From Acidobacteriota bacterium (GTDB taxonomy: Bacteria > Acidobacteriota > Thermoanaerobaculia > UBA5066 > Gp7-AA6): 64,000 bases of DNA. The notes beneath the pieces were generated by a model that did no database searches, was not told the DNA's origin, and saw nothing but the letters and a program-made list of their open reading frames with translations. The DNA lies in contig JBKOZO010000021.1 of the NCBI GenBank assembly GCA_046725935.1, positions 2,752-66,751 of the forward strand, written 5' to 3'. Shown one piece after another: positions 40,075 through 48,279 of the stretch. A program made the translations under genes and the position numbers. Every line of letters starts with the position of its first letter. Positions within the stretch are counted from its first letter, which is position 1.

Positions 40075-40872
40075 TTATGGCCCCGCGGGCGGTCCGGGGA
40101 GGATCCGGCTGACGACCTCGAAGCGTCCGGCTCGCTCGGAGAACGGCGTCCCGAACGCGCGTTCGAGGTTTCCGGCGGTGAGGACCTCCCGCCGGCTCCC
40201 CTGCGCGATCGCGCGCCCTTCCTTCAGGAGAAGCACGCGCGAGGCGAGGTCCGAGGCGAGCAGGATCTCGTGCGTCACGAGCACGACCGTCGTCCGCCGC
40301 TCCCGGTGGACGCGCCAGAGGGTCTCGAGAAACTCCAGCCGGTGCCGCGGGTCCAGGTCCCCGGTCGGCTCGTCGAGCAGCCAGATCTCGGCCTCCTGCG
40401 CGAGGGCCCGCGCGAGGAACACGCGCCGCCGCTCGCCTCCCGACAGCGCCGCCGCGTCGCGGTCGGCCAGCGCGAGGACGTCGCAGGCCTTCATCGCCCC
40501 GCGCGCGATCTCGAGATCCGCGGCGGTTTCCGCCACGAAGCCCCGACCATGCGGGGCGCGACCCTGGAGCACGAGATCGATGCATCGGATCGGGAACACG
40601 AGGTCCACGCTCTGCGCCACGTACGCGATGCGGCGCGCGGTCTCCCGGCGCGGCAGCGACGCCAGAGGCCGCCCGTCGAAGAAAAGCTCTCCGCCCGACG
40701 GCGGCAGCACGCGCGCCAGCACTTTCAGGAAGCTCGACTTGCCCGACCCGTTCTCTCCGAGCACCGCAAGGATCTCGCCTTCTTCGATCGACGCGTCCAG
40801 GCCCGAGAGCGCCCGGTTGGCGCCGTAGTCCGCGGTCAGTCCGCGAGCCTCGATGCGCGCGACGCCCGTCAC
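40075..40872 (-). CDS. ABC transporter ATP-binding protein (FecE/BtuD type)
   Basis: The GTG 40872 start overlaps the permease stop (GTGA). Walker A GENGSGKSS, signature LSGGERRR, Walker B WLLDEP. Confidence 0.9.
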   Translation of the reverse strand: MTGVARIEARGLTADYGANRALSGLDASIEEGEILAVLGENGSGKSSFLKVLARVLPPSGGELFFDGRPLASLPRRETARRIAYVAQSVDLVFPIRCIDLVLQGRAPHGRGFVAETAADLEIARGAMKACDVLALADRDAAALSGGERRRVFLARALAQEAEIWLLDEPTGDLDPRHRLEFLETLWRVHRERRTTVVLVTHEILLASDLASRVLLLKEGRAIAQGSRREVLTAGNLERAFGTPFSERAGRFEVVSRILPGPPAGP

Positions 40873-41855
40873 GGTGTCCTCAACAACAACCAGGCGAAGA
40901 GCGGCGCGCCCAGGCCCGCCGTGATCGCACCGATCGGCAGCTCCGCCGGCGAGAGCGCGGCTCTCGAAACGGCGTCGGCCGCGACGAGGAGGGCCGCCCC
41001 GGCGAGCGCCGAGAGGGGGAGCAGGGCCCGCTGGTCGTTGCCCGCCACGATGCGCACCGCGTGCGGCACCAGCAGGCCCACGAAGCCGATCACGCCGGCG
41101 AAGGCGACCGCGGCCCCGGTCAAGAGCGACGCCGCCAGGAACACGATTCCCTTGGTGCGCTCGACGTCGACGCCGAGGGCCGCCGCGTTCTCCTCGCCGA
41201 CGGCGAAGAGGTTCAGCCGCGCGGCCATCGCGACCAGGACCGCGCCGCCGAAGAGGACGTACGGCAGCAGAGTCGCGACCTTGCCGGGAGTGGCGTTGGC
41301 CAGGCTTCCCATCATCCAGAAGAGCATCGTTCGCGCGGCTTCGCCCGACGCGATCGAGAACGCGGCGAGCAGCAGCGCCGAGAAGAAGGCGTTGGCGATC
41401 AACCCGGCGAGCAGGAGGCGCTGGAGGTCCAGACGGCGCCCGCGGCGCGCCAGCGCGGCCACGCCGAGCGACGCCGCCACGGCGCCCGCGAACGCGGCCG
41501 CCGGAGACAGGAGCGGCGACACCGACAGCAGGGCCGCTCCGGCCGCGCCGGCCGCCGCGCCTCCCGAGGTGCCCAGGAGAAACGGATCCGCGAGCGGATT
41601 CTTCAGCAGCGCCTGGAGAGCCGCTCCCGCCAGCGCCAGGCACGCGCCCACCAGCGCCGCGAGCGCGACGCGCGGGGCCCGCAGAGCCGCGATCGTGCGC
41701 GCCATCTGCCCCGCCTCGCCGCGGCCCGAAACGAGATCCGACAGGGACAGCGACACTCCCCCGACCGAAAAGGCGATCGCCGCGACGGCGGCGAGAAGCG
41801 CCGCTCCCACCAGGAACGCTGCGATGCGCGCGGAGCGTGTACGCGGGCCCTTCAT
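40869..41855 (-). CDS. FecCD/BtuC-family ABC permease
   Basis: The ATG 41855 start overlaps the binding-protein stop (ATGA). ...LQALLKNPLADPFLLGTSGGAA... and ...GVIGFVGLLVPH... Confidence 0.9.
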   Translation of the reverse strand: MKGPRTRSARIAAFLVGAALLAAVAAIAFSVGGVSLSLSDLVSGRGEAGQMARTIAALRAPRVALAALVGACLALAGAALQALLKNPLADPFLLGTSGGAAAGAAGAALLSVSPLLSPAAAFAGAVAASLGVAALARRGRRLDLQRLLLAGLIANAFFSALLLAAFSIASGEAARTMLFWMMGSLANATPGKVATLLPYVLFGGAVLVAMAARLNLFAVGEENAAALGVDVERTKGIVFLAASLLTGAAVAFAGVIGFVGLLVPHAVRIVAGNDQRALLPLSALAGAALLVAADAVSRAALSPAELPIGAITAGLGAPLFAWLLLRTP

Positions 41856-42760
41856 CGAATGGCCGCGGAAAGACGCTCGAGCATGTCGAAGACGCGAGGC
41901 CCCGGCCGTGTCAACGCCGACTCGTCGAGCCGGACGACCTTCGCCTTCGCGATGGGTCCGAGCGACAGCGGTCCGGATGCGAACGCCCGCGCGTACGCCT
42001 CCTTCGTCTGCTCCGACTCCGGCACGACGAGCACATCGATCGGAGCCGTCGCCAGGTATTCGGCGGACAGGACCGGCCAGCCGCCACGGTCCCCAACGAG
42101 GTTGCGTGCCCCCGCCTCCGTCAGCAGATCGTCGAGGAAGGTCCCGCGCCCGGCTGCCTGCGGCGGATCCGGCCACACGAGGAGCAAAGCGCGCGGGCGC
42201 TCCCCGGCCGCGGCCCGGCTCCGGACCGCCTCGCGCTTTCGGGACAGCTGCGCGACCAGCGCGTCTGCTTCGGCGCGCCGTCCGAGACGGTCTCCCACCT
42301 CGCGGATGGCTTGGAGCACCGCGTCGAGCGAGCCGGAGGGCACGACCGCAACGGGCAGACCGGCCGCCTCGAGCGCGCGCACGGAGCCCTGCGCGTTGCC
42401 CTCGGCGACGGCGAGCACCAGGTCGGGCTTGAGCACGGCCACCTTTTCCGCGTCCACCTCGAGGCCTCCCACGCGCGGAATCTTCCTCGCGTCCTCCGGG
42501 AAATCGGAGTACTCCGACACGCCGACCAGCCGATCGCCCGCGCCGAGCGCGAAGACGATCTCCGTCAGGTTCGGAGCGAGAGCCACCACGCGCGCCGGAG
42601 TGCGGACCGCAGCGGCCGTGGCGCGCGGGCGTTCGCGGCAACCCGCGCAAACGCTCGCGGCCGCGAGAAGTCCGACGAGCGCTCGGAAGGCGCGGGTCCG
42701 CCGCCCGACGAGGTCCCTAACCCTGGGACTCGGCCTCTTCCAGCTCGTTGCGCACGCCAA
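41852..42760 (-). CDS. BtuF/FhuD-type periplasmic substrate-binding protein (B12/haem/siderophore class)
   Basis: ARVVALAPNLTEIVFALGAGDRLVGVSEYSDFP...KPDLVLA...; signal-like N-terminus. The start is uncertain; ATG 42760 overlaps the upstream gene by 44 nt. Confidence 0.8.
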   Translation of the reverse strand: MACATSWKRPSPRVRDLVGRRTRAFRALVGLLAAASVCAGCRERPRATAAAVRTPARVVALAPNLTEIVFALGAGDRLVGVSEYSDFPEDARKIPRVGGLEVDAEKVAVLKPDLVLAVAEGNAQGSVRALEAAGLPVAVVPSGSLDAVLQAIREVGDRLGRRAEADALVAQLSRKREAVRSRAAAGERPRALLLVWPDPPQAAGRGTFLDDLLTEAGARNLVGDRGGWPVLSAEYLATAPIDVLVVPESEQTKEAYARAFASGPLSLGPIAKAKVVRLDESALTRPGPRVFDMLERLSAAIR

Positions 42761-42941
42761 GGCGCTGACACGCGGCGTCGTACATCTGCCGCGCGGCCTT
42801 CTGCGCGTTCTGCAGCTCGGCCAGGCGGTCCTTGACCTTGGCGAGCTCCTCCTGGATCTCGCCTTCGAGATCCTGGATCTCGCGCTTGGTCACCGTCAGC
42901 GTGTTCTCGTAGAACTTCTTCTGATCTGCCGAAAGGGCCAT
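42717..42941 (-). CDS. 74-aa coiled-coil protein, function unknown
   Basis: ATG 42941 is preceded by AGGAGG at 9-nt spacing. The heptad-like sequence is KREIQDLEGEIQEELAKVKDRLAELQNAQKAARQ. The gene sits 24 nt downstream of the kinase-TonB_C gene. Confidence 0.6.
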   Translation of the reverse strand: MALSADQKKFYENTLTVTKREIQDLEGEIQEELAKVKDRLAELQNAQKAARQMYDAACQRLGVRNELEEAESQG

Positions 42942-42965
42942 TCCCACTGACCTCCTAATGCGTTC

Positions 42966-45722
42966 TCAGGGCCTGACTTCGATTATGACGGGACGCCACA
43001 TCTTCACGGGAATCCCGTTCTTTGTCGCGGGCCGGAACTTCGACACCTTCACCGCCGACACGACCGCGTTGTTGACGGCGCTCTGACCTTCCAGACCCTG
43101 CTGGAGCCGCGAATCGGTGACCTGGCCGGTCTCATCGACGAGCACCAGCACGACGACCTTTCCTCCGACGTGCTGCTGCCTGGCGATCGGAGGATAGACC
43201 ACGCGCGGCGGCGCGAGCAGGGCCGGTTCCACGACGCCCGCGCCCGGTCCCACGAGGTCGCCCCGCTGCACCTCCGCTTCCTTCAGGCCCAGAGTGGGCG
43301 GTTCGGTCGGAGCCGCCGTGGGCTCCGGCCGCGCCGTCGGGACCGGCGTGGGCAAGGCGGTCGGAGGCGCGAGCGTGGGCTCCGGTTCCGCCGCTGCGGC
43401 TTCGGCGGTCTTCTTGGAGGCGGCCGCCGCGGCGGCGGCCTTCTCCATTTCCTTGCGCTTGGCGGCGAGCTGTCGCTGCACCTCGGCCTCGACCGCCTTC
43501 GGATCGAGCGCCGGCGCGGTCGGGGTCAGCATCACCGCCGGAACGGCGGTCGGCACGGCCGCGGCCGCAGGAGACGGCGTCACCGCCACGTGCGCGGGAG
43601 GCGGAGGAGCCTGGCGCTGCGTCAGCTTCCAGACCGCGAAGCCGACGAGGGCCGCGGCCGCCACGGCGATCGCTGCGTAAAGCGGCGCGCGGCTCTTGCG
43701 CTCGGCTTCGGCGCTTCGATCGAGGGAGCCGAACACCTCGCCGCCGCGCGGCGCGGGGCCGGCCGGTGTCGTCGGCGGCGGCGGGACCGCCGGAGGCTCC
43801 GGCCGGGGCGCCGCATCCGGACGGCGCGCGATCGGCGCGCCTTTGGACTTGCGCTTGCGGGCCGGCTCGGCTTCCGACTCCAGGGAGGCTGCCTGCGCGG
43901 CGGCTTCGCGGGCCTTGGCCTCGGAGACCGCCGCCTCCTCGGCCTGGAGCCGATGGAGGTAGATCGCGACGTCCGCGCTCCCCGGCGCCGGCGTGTAGGA
44001 GTAGAGGACCGAGTCCAGGTCCCGCAGCATGTCCGACGCGTTGGTGTATCTCTCGTCGGGATCCTTCGCGAGCGCCTTCATCACGACGGCGTCGAGACTC
44101 TGGGAGACTTCGGGATTCGTGCGCGAGGGCGGAGCGACGTCGGCGTTGCGGACCTTCTCGAGGATATTGATGTCGGTGTCGCCGCGGAAGAGCCTTTCCC
44201 CCGTCAGCAGCTCGTGCAGCACCACGCCGAGGGAGAAGAGGTCGCTGCGGCGGTCGATCGGCTTTCCCCAGGCCTGCTCCGGGGACATGTACTGCATCTT
44301 CCCCTTCAGCGCGCCCGACTGGGTCTTCGACGCCTTCGACGCGGCCTTGGCGATGCCGAAGTCGCAGAGCTTGATGTCGCCCTCGTAGGAGATGAGGATG
44401 TTCTGCGGCGACACGTCGCGGTGGACGATGTTCAGCTCGCGCCCGTCGGCGTCGCGGCGGCGGTGCGCGTAGTCGAGCGCCGAGGCGACCTTGGAGGCGA
44501 TGTACACCGCGAGCGGGACCGGCAGCGGCACGCCCAGCTCCCGCGCCGACAGCTCGATCGCGCGCAGGTCCCGGCCGTCGACGTACTCCATGGCGATGAA
44601 GTAGCCGCCGGCCTTGATCTTCCCGAGGTCGTAAATGTGGATGATGTTGGGGTGATTCAGCTGTGCCGCGAGCTTGGCCTCGTCGGCGAACATCGTGATG
44701 AAGTCTTCGTCGTCGGCCAGGTGCGGCAGGATCTTCTTGATCGCGACGATCTTCTGGAAGCCCTCGACGCCCGTGCGTTTGGCCTTGGAAAGCTCGGCCA
44801 TGCCACCGCTGGCGATCTTTTCCAGGATCTCGTACTGGCCGAAGTGATCGGGCCCGGTGGACGGCACCGCGGCCGCCGGCTCCTCGCGCCGGCGGGGCGG
44901 AGCGGCCGGAGCCGCCGGAGCTGCCGGTGTGGAGACGGGCGGCGGCGTCGCTCCCGGTGCCGCGGGCTTGGCCTTCGGCAGCACGATGCCCGACAGCGTG
45001 TCGGACAGGATCTTGTCTACGTCGGTGTCCGAGGAAAGCTTCGGACGCGGCGGCGCGGCCGGACCTCCGGCAGCGCGCGCGCCCTTGGCGTCGAGATTGA
45101 GACCCGAGAGCGTGTCGCGCAGCCGCTTTTCGACGTCGCTTTCCGCTGCCGCGGGCTTGGTGGACGCGGGCGGAGGCGTCCGGTCGGAGGCCGTGGGCGC
45201 CGGCGGCGCCGCGGGCGCGCGCGGCGCGGCCGGGCGAGCCGCTTCGCCGGTCAGATCCGACAGAACGTCCGAGAAGATGTCGGAGGAGGTCAGAGGGGTC
45301 GCGCGCGGAAGCTGCGCGGTGTCGATGCGCATCGTCTTGGCGCCGATGTCGGAGGAGCCGACGGCCTCGCGAATCGACGCGATGAAATCCTCGTCGGAGA
45401 AGGGACGCGCGAGGATGTCGAACGCTCCGACCTTCTGGGCGTCGGCCTTGCGGTTGGTACCGCGGTACCCACTCATCATCAGGACGATCGGCGGGGCCGT
45501 GGCGCCCCCCTTCTTCCGGATCTCGCGGATGACCTCGGCGCTCGGAAGACGCGGGAGCATCCCCGAGAGGAGGACCAGATCGAACCGATTGGAACCAAAG
45601 GCCTGGAGACCCGCCTCGCCGTCGTGGGTCTCCGTTAGCGCATGCCCGAGGGGCTGGAGCAGAGCGCGGATCCGCTCGATGTAGCGGGGCTCGTATTCGA
45701 TCAAAAGAACTTTTTTGGGCAT
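42966..45722 (-). CDS. pseudo-receiver / Hanks Ser-Thr kinase / single TM / Pro-rich spacer / TonB C-terminal domain fusion (918 aa)
   Basis: REC-like aa 1-125 with Ser at the acceptor position ([10 protein letters not shown]). Kinase motifs [30 protein letters not shown] segment [20 protein letters not shown] (aa 680-700). C-terminus [31 protein letters not shown]...[14 protein letters not shown]. Confidence 0.85.
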   Translation of the reverse strand: MPKKVLLIEYEPRYIERIRALLQPLGHALTETHDGEAGLQAFGSNRFDLVLLSGMLPRLPSAEVIREIRKKGGATAPPIVLMMSGYRGTNRKADAQKVGAFDILARPFSDEDFIASIREAVGSSDIGAKTMRIDTAQLPRATPLTSSDIFSDVLSDLTGEAARPAAPRAPAAPPAPTASDRTPPPASTKPAAAESDVEKRLRDTLSGLNLDAKGARAAGGPAAPPRPKLSSDTDVDKILSDTLSGIVLPKAKPAAPGATPPPVSTPAAPAAPAAPPRRREEPAAAVPSTGPDHFGQYEILEKIASGGMAELSKAKRTGVEGFQKIVAIKKILPHLADDEDFITMFADEAKLAAQLNHPNIIHIYDLGKIKAGGYFIAMEYVDGRDLRAIELSARELGVPLPVPLAVYIASKVASALDYAHRRRDADGRELNIVHRDVSPQNILISYEGDIKLCDFGIAKAASKASKTQSGALKGKMQYMSPEQAWGKPIDRRSDLFSLGVVLHELLTGERLFRGDTDINILEKVRNADVAPPSRTNPEVSQSLDAVVMKALAKDPDERYTNASDMLRDLDSVLYSYTPAPGSADVAIYLHRLQAEEAAVSEAKAREAAAQAASLESEAEPARKRKSKGAPIARRPDAAPRPEPPAVPPPPTTPAGPAPRGGEVFGSLDRSAEAERKSRAPLYAAIAVAAAALVGFAVWKLTQRQAPPPPAHVAVTPSPAAAAVPTAVPAVMLTPTAPALDPKAVEAEVQRQLAAKRKEMEKAAAAAAASKKTAEAAAAEPEPTLAPPTALPTPVPTARPEPTAAPTEPPTLGLKEAEVQRGDLVGPGAGVVEPALLAPPRVVYPPIARQQHVGGKVVVLVLVDETGQVTDSRLQQGLEGQSAVNNAVVSAVKVSKFRPATKNGIPVKMWRPVIIEVRP

Positions 45723-45797
45723 GAACTGAACCTATTGTCGCCGGAAACCGAAGGAAATCAAGGAGAAGCGGTGATCCGCCGTACGCTTTCGGCCCCA

Positions 45798-45803
45798 TAT
45801 AAT
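45798..45803 (+). promoter_or_regulatory. candidate -10 box (TATAAT) for yebC
   Basis: TATAAT lies 21 nt upstream of the ATG. AGGAG at 45815-45819 is spaced 5 nt from ATG 45825. The -35 is weak. Confidence 0.35.
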
Positions 45804-45824
45804 CCGGCCTCGTTAGGAGCGCGT

Positions 45825-46565
45825 ATGTCCGGTCACAGCAAATGGAGCACGATCAAGCACAAGAAGGGCGCGGCCGACGCCAAGCGCGGTCGGATCTTCA
45901 CCAAGCTCATCCGCGAGATGACGATGGCCGCCAAACAGGGAGGCGGTGCGCCCGAGTCCAATCCCCGCCTCCGCAAGGCGATCGACGACGCCAAGGCCGT
46001 CAACATGCCCGCCGACAACATCAAGCGGGCGATCCAGCGGGGAACCGGCGAGCTGCCCGGCGTCTCCTACGAGGAGGTGACCTTCGAAGGCTACGGCCCC
46101 GGCGGCACCGCCGTCCTCATCGAGGCGCTGACGGACAACAAGAACCGGACGCTGCCCGAGATCCGGACGATCTTCTCCAAGCACGGCGGCAACCTCGGGG
46201 AGTCCGGGTCGGTGCGCTTCCTGTTCCAGAAGATGGGCTACATCGCCATCGAGAAGGAAAAGGCCGGGGAGGACGCCGTGATGGAAGCGGCGATCGAAGC
46301 CGGCGCCGACGACGTCGAGACGACCGACCAGTACCACGAGGTCAAGACGTCGCCCGACAGCTTCCCCGCCGTCAAGTCGCATCTGGAAGCGAAGGGGCTG
46401 CCGCTCGCCGTCGCGGAGATCTCGATGATCCCGTCCACCGAGGTCGCCCTCGACGCCCGCAAAGCGGATCAGATGGTCAAGCTGATGGAGGCGCTCGAGG
46501 ATCACGACGACGTCCAGAATGTCTGGGCGAACTTCGACTTCGAGGAGACGAGCACGTCCGCGTAG
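45825..46565 (+). CDS. yebC: YebC/PmpR-family transcriptional regulator
   Basis: [32 protein letters not shown]... Confidence 0.93.
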   Translation: MSGHSKWSTIKHKKGAADAKRGRIFTKLIREMTMAAKQGGGAPESNPRLRKAIDDAKAVNMPADNIKRAIQRGTGELPGVSYEEVTFEGYGPGGTAVLIEALTDNKNRTLPEIRTIFSKHGGNLGESGSVRFLFQKMGYIAIEKEKAGEDAVMEAAIEAGADDVETTDQYHEVKTSPDSFPAVKSHLEAKGLPLAVAEISMIPSTEVALDARKADQMVKLMEALEDHDDVQNVWANFDFEETSTSA

Positions 46566-46575
46566 ACTCCGGCCG

Positions 46576-47052
46576 ATGAAGGTCCTCGGCCTCGATCCCG
46601 GCACGACGGCCACGGGCTTCGGAATCGTCTCCTTCGAAAGCGGCCGCCTCGCCCTCGAACAGTGCGGCGTCTGGCGGCCTCCGTCGCGGCTCGGCTTTCC
46701 CGGGAGGCTCGACTTTCTCCTCACCGCGGCCGTGGAGCTCTTGAACGACTGCCACCCGGCCGCGGTCTCCGTCGAAACGGTCTTCGCGGCACGGAACATC
46801 GCCTCGGCGCTCAAGCTGTCGCACGCCCGGGGCGTGCTTCTCGCGGCGGCTTCGCGCTGCGCGGTGCCCGTGTTCGAGTACGAGCCGCGCCTGGTCAAGA
46901 AGGCGCTCGTGGGCTACGGCCAGGCCGAGAAGGAGCAGGTCCGCGCGATGGTCCTCTCGCTGCTGGCGCGGCACCGAGCCCGCGTGCCCCTCGACGCCGC
47001 CGACGCGCTCGCTCTGGCGATCTGTCACGTCCACGCCTCGGGGGCGCGCTAG
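46576..47052 (+). CDS. ruvC: Holliday junction resolvase RuvC
   Basis: MKVLGLDPGTTATGFGIV...VETVFAARNIASALKLSHARG...ADALALAICH. Confidence 0.93.
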   Translation: MKVLGLDPGTTATGFGIVSFESGRLALEQCGVWRPPSRLGFPGRLDFLLTAAVELLNDCHPAAVSVETVFAARNIASALKLSHARGVLLAAASRCAVPVFEYEPRLVKKALVGYGQAEKEQVRAMVLSLLARHRARVPLDAADALALAICHVHASGAR

Positions 47053-47061
47053 CGCGCCGCG

Positions 47062-47125
47062 GTCCCAGGTTTCAGGTTCCAGATTTCAGGAGTCCACTTG
47101 GAACTTGGAACCTGGAACCCGGAAC
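47062..47125. repeat. inverted arrays of four tandem heptamers each (GTTYCAG x4 / YYGGAAC x4)
   Basis: GTCCCAG GTTTCAG GTTCCAG ATTTCAG (47062-47089), an 8-nt spacer, then TTGGAAC TTGGAAC CTGGAAC CCGGAAC (47098-47125). The arms are about 22/28 complementary. Confidence 0.8.
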
Positions 47126-47157
47126 CCCGTCAGCCGGGTGCTAGCATCATCGCGAAT

Positions 47158-48078
47158 ATGTCTTTCCAGGGCTCGATCCAGGAGCTCCCTGTCCCCGACA
47201 TCATCCAGCTCGTTTCGGTCTCGGGGAAGACCGGGATGTTCATGCTGATGCGGGGGGCCGAGAGGGGCTACATCTACCTCCGCAACGGGAAAATCGTCCA
47301 CGCCGAGGTGGGGAGCATCCGGGGCGAGGAAGCCGTCTACGCGCTGGCGATCTGGTCCTCCGGCGACTTCCAGTTCACGCCGGGCAAGGAGACCGAGGCC
47401 ACCACCATCGACAAGACCAACACCTCCCTGCTCATGGAGGCCGCCCGCCGGCTCGACGAGTGGAAGGTCCTCTCCCGCAAGATCCCGGGAGTCGACTACA
47501 TACCGATGCTGAAGCCGCGGGAGATGGGCGAAGCCGTGACCTTGTCGCCTCTCGAGTGGAACCTCGTCATCCGGATCGACGGCCGAAAGACGGTGGAGGA
47601 ACTGGCGCGCGCCACGAGCTCCAACTCCTTCGACACCGCAAAGGTCCTCTACGGTCTCGTGACGGCGGACCTGATCGACATGCGATCGCGAGACGCCGCA
47701 GCCGCGCGCAGCGAAGCGGCGAAGGGCTCGGCCGCCGAGGCGGGTCCGGCTCCGGCGCCGTCCGCACCCGCGTTCCGGCCGGCTCCGCCGCCCTCCGGCG
47801 GGACCAGCCCGGGCGTCCTCGGCGACGAGAAGAAGATCCTCATGATCCTCTGCACGCGCGTCAAACAGGAGGCCGAGACCGCCATCGGAGAATCCAACCT
47901 GCCGGGCATCGACCGGCCCTACAAGCAGGCCCTGGCCGAGATCGACCGCGGGAGAGGCGTCGAAGCGGTGCGCGATCTGATCCGCCACACCGAAAAAGCG
48001 ATCTCCTCGATTCGCGGTCCCGCGATCATGAAGGCCTTCCAGGAAAAAATGTCGCTGGTGATGCAGCCAAAGGTCTAA
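47158..48078 (+). CDS. DUF4388 (PATAN-like) domain protein
   Basis: MSFQGSIQELPVPDIIQLVSVSGKTGMFMLMRG...IYLRNGKIVHA...GEEAVYALAIW. The listed ORF start at 47098 lies inside the heptamer repeat. Confidence 0.8.
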   Translation: MSFQGSIQELPVPDIIQLVSVSGKTGMFMLMRGAERGYIYLRNGKIVHAEVGSIRGEEAVYALAIWSSGDFQFTPGKETEATTIDKTNTSLLMEAARRLDEWKVLSRKIPGVDYIPMLKPREMGEAVTLSPLEWNLVIRIDGRKTVEELARATSSNSFDTAKVLYGLVTADLIDMRSRDAAAARSEAAKGSAAEAGPAPAPSAPAFRPAPPPSGGTSPGVLGDEKKILMILCTRVKQEAETAIGESNLPGIDRPYKQALAEIDRGRGVEAVRDLIRHTEKAISSIRGPAIMKAFQEKMSLVMQPKV

Positions 48079-48279
48079 TCACCCGCCGAAGCGCTGGCGG
48101 ATTGTGTCCTTCCTCACTTTTCGGCGGCGACCGAACGCGCTTGGCGCGGCCCGCAAACACTGCACCTGTTCGAACGGACGGTTTCCTGACCGAGCAGAAG
48201 ATGTTTGGCGATTCGCCACTTTTGCCTTATCATTTTCGGAAGTTACGTTCCCCCGGCGGGCTCGAAAGGAGACATTTTC

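Noticed and set aside
38872-42432. 1186-aa + strand ORF across folC, accD and the ABC transporter genes
   Set aside because: Antisense to five well-supported minus-strand genes. Composition is Arg/Ala/Pro-rich and low-complexity.
42717-42965. Cobalamin riboswitch upstream of the btuF-like gene
   Set aside because: There is no non-coding space. The region is filled by the 74-aa coiled-coil gene and a 24-nt spacer, and I saw no B12-box-like sequence.
43132-45798. 888-aa minus-strand ORF and 822-aa + strand ORF (43170-45638) overlapping the kinase-TonB_C gene
   Set aside because: These are alternative frames of the same locus. Only the 42966-45722 frame carries kinase, receiver and TonB_C motifs; the others are Arg/Gly-rich.
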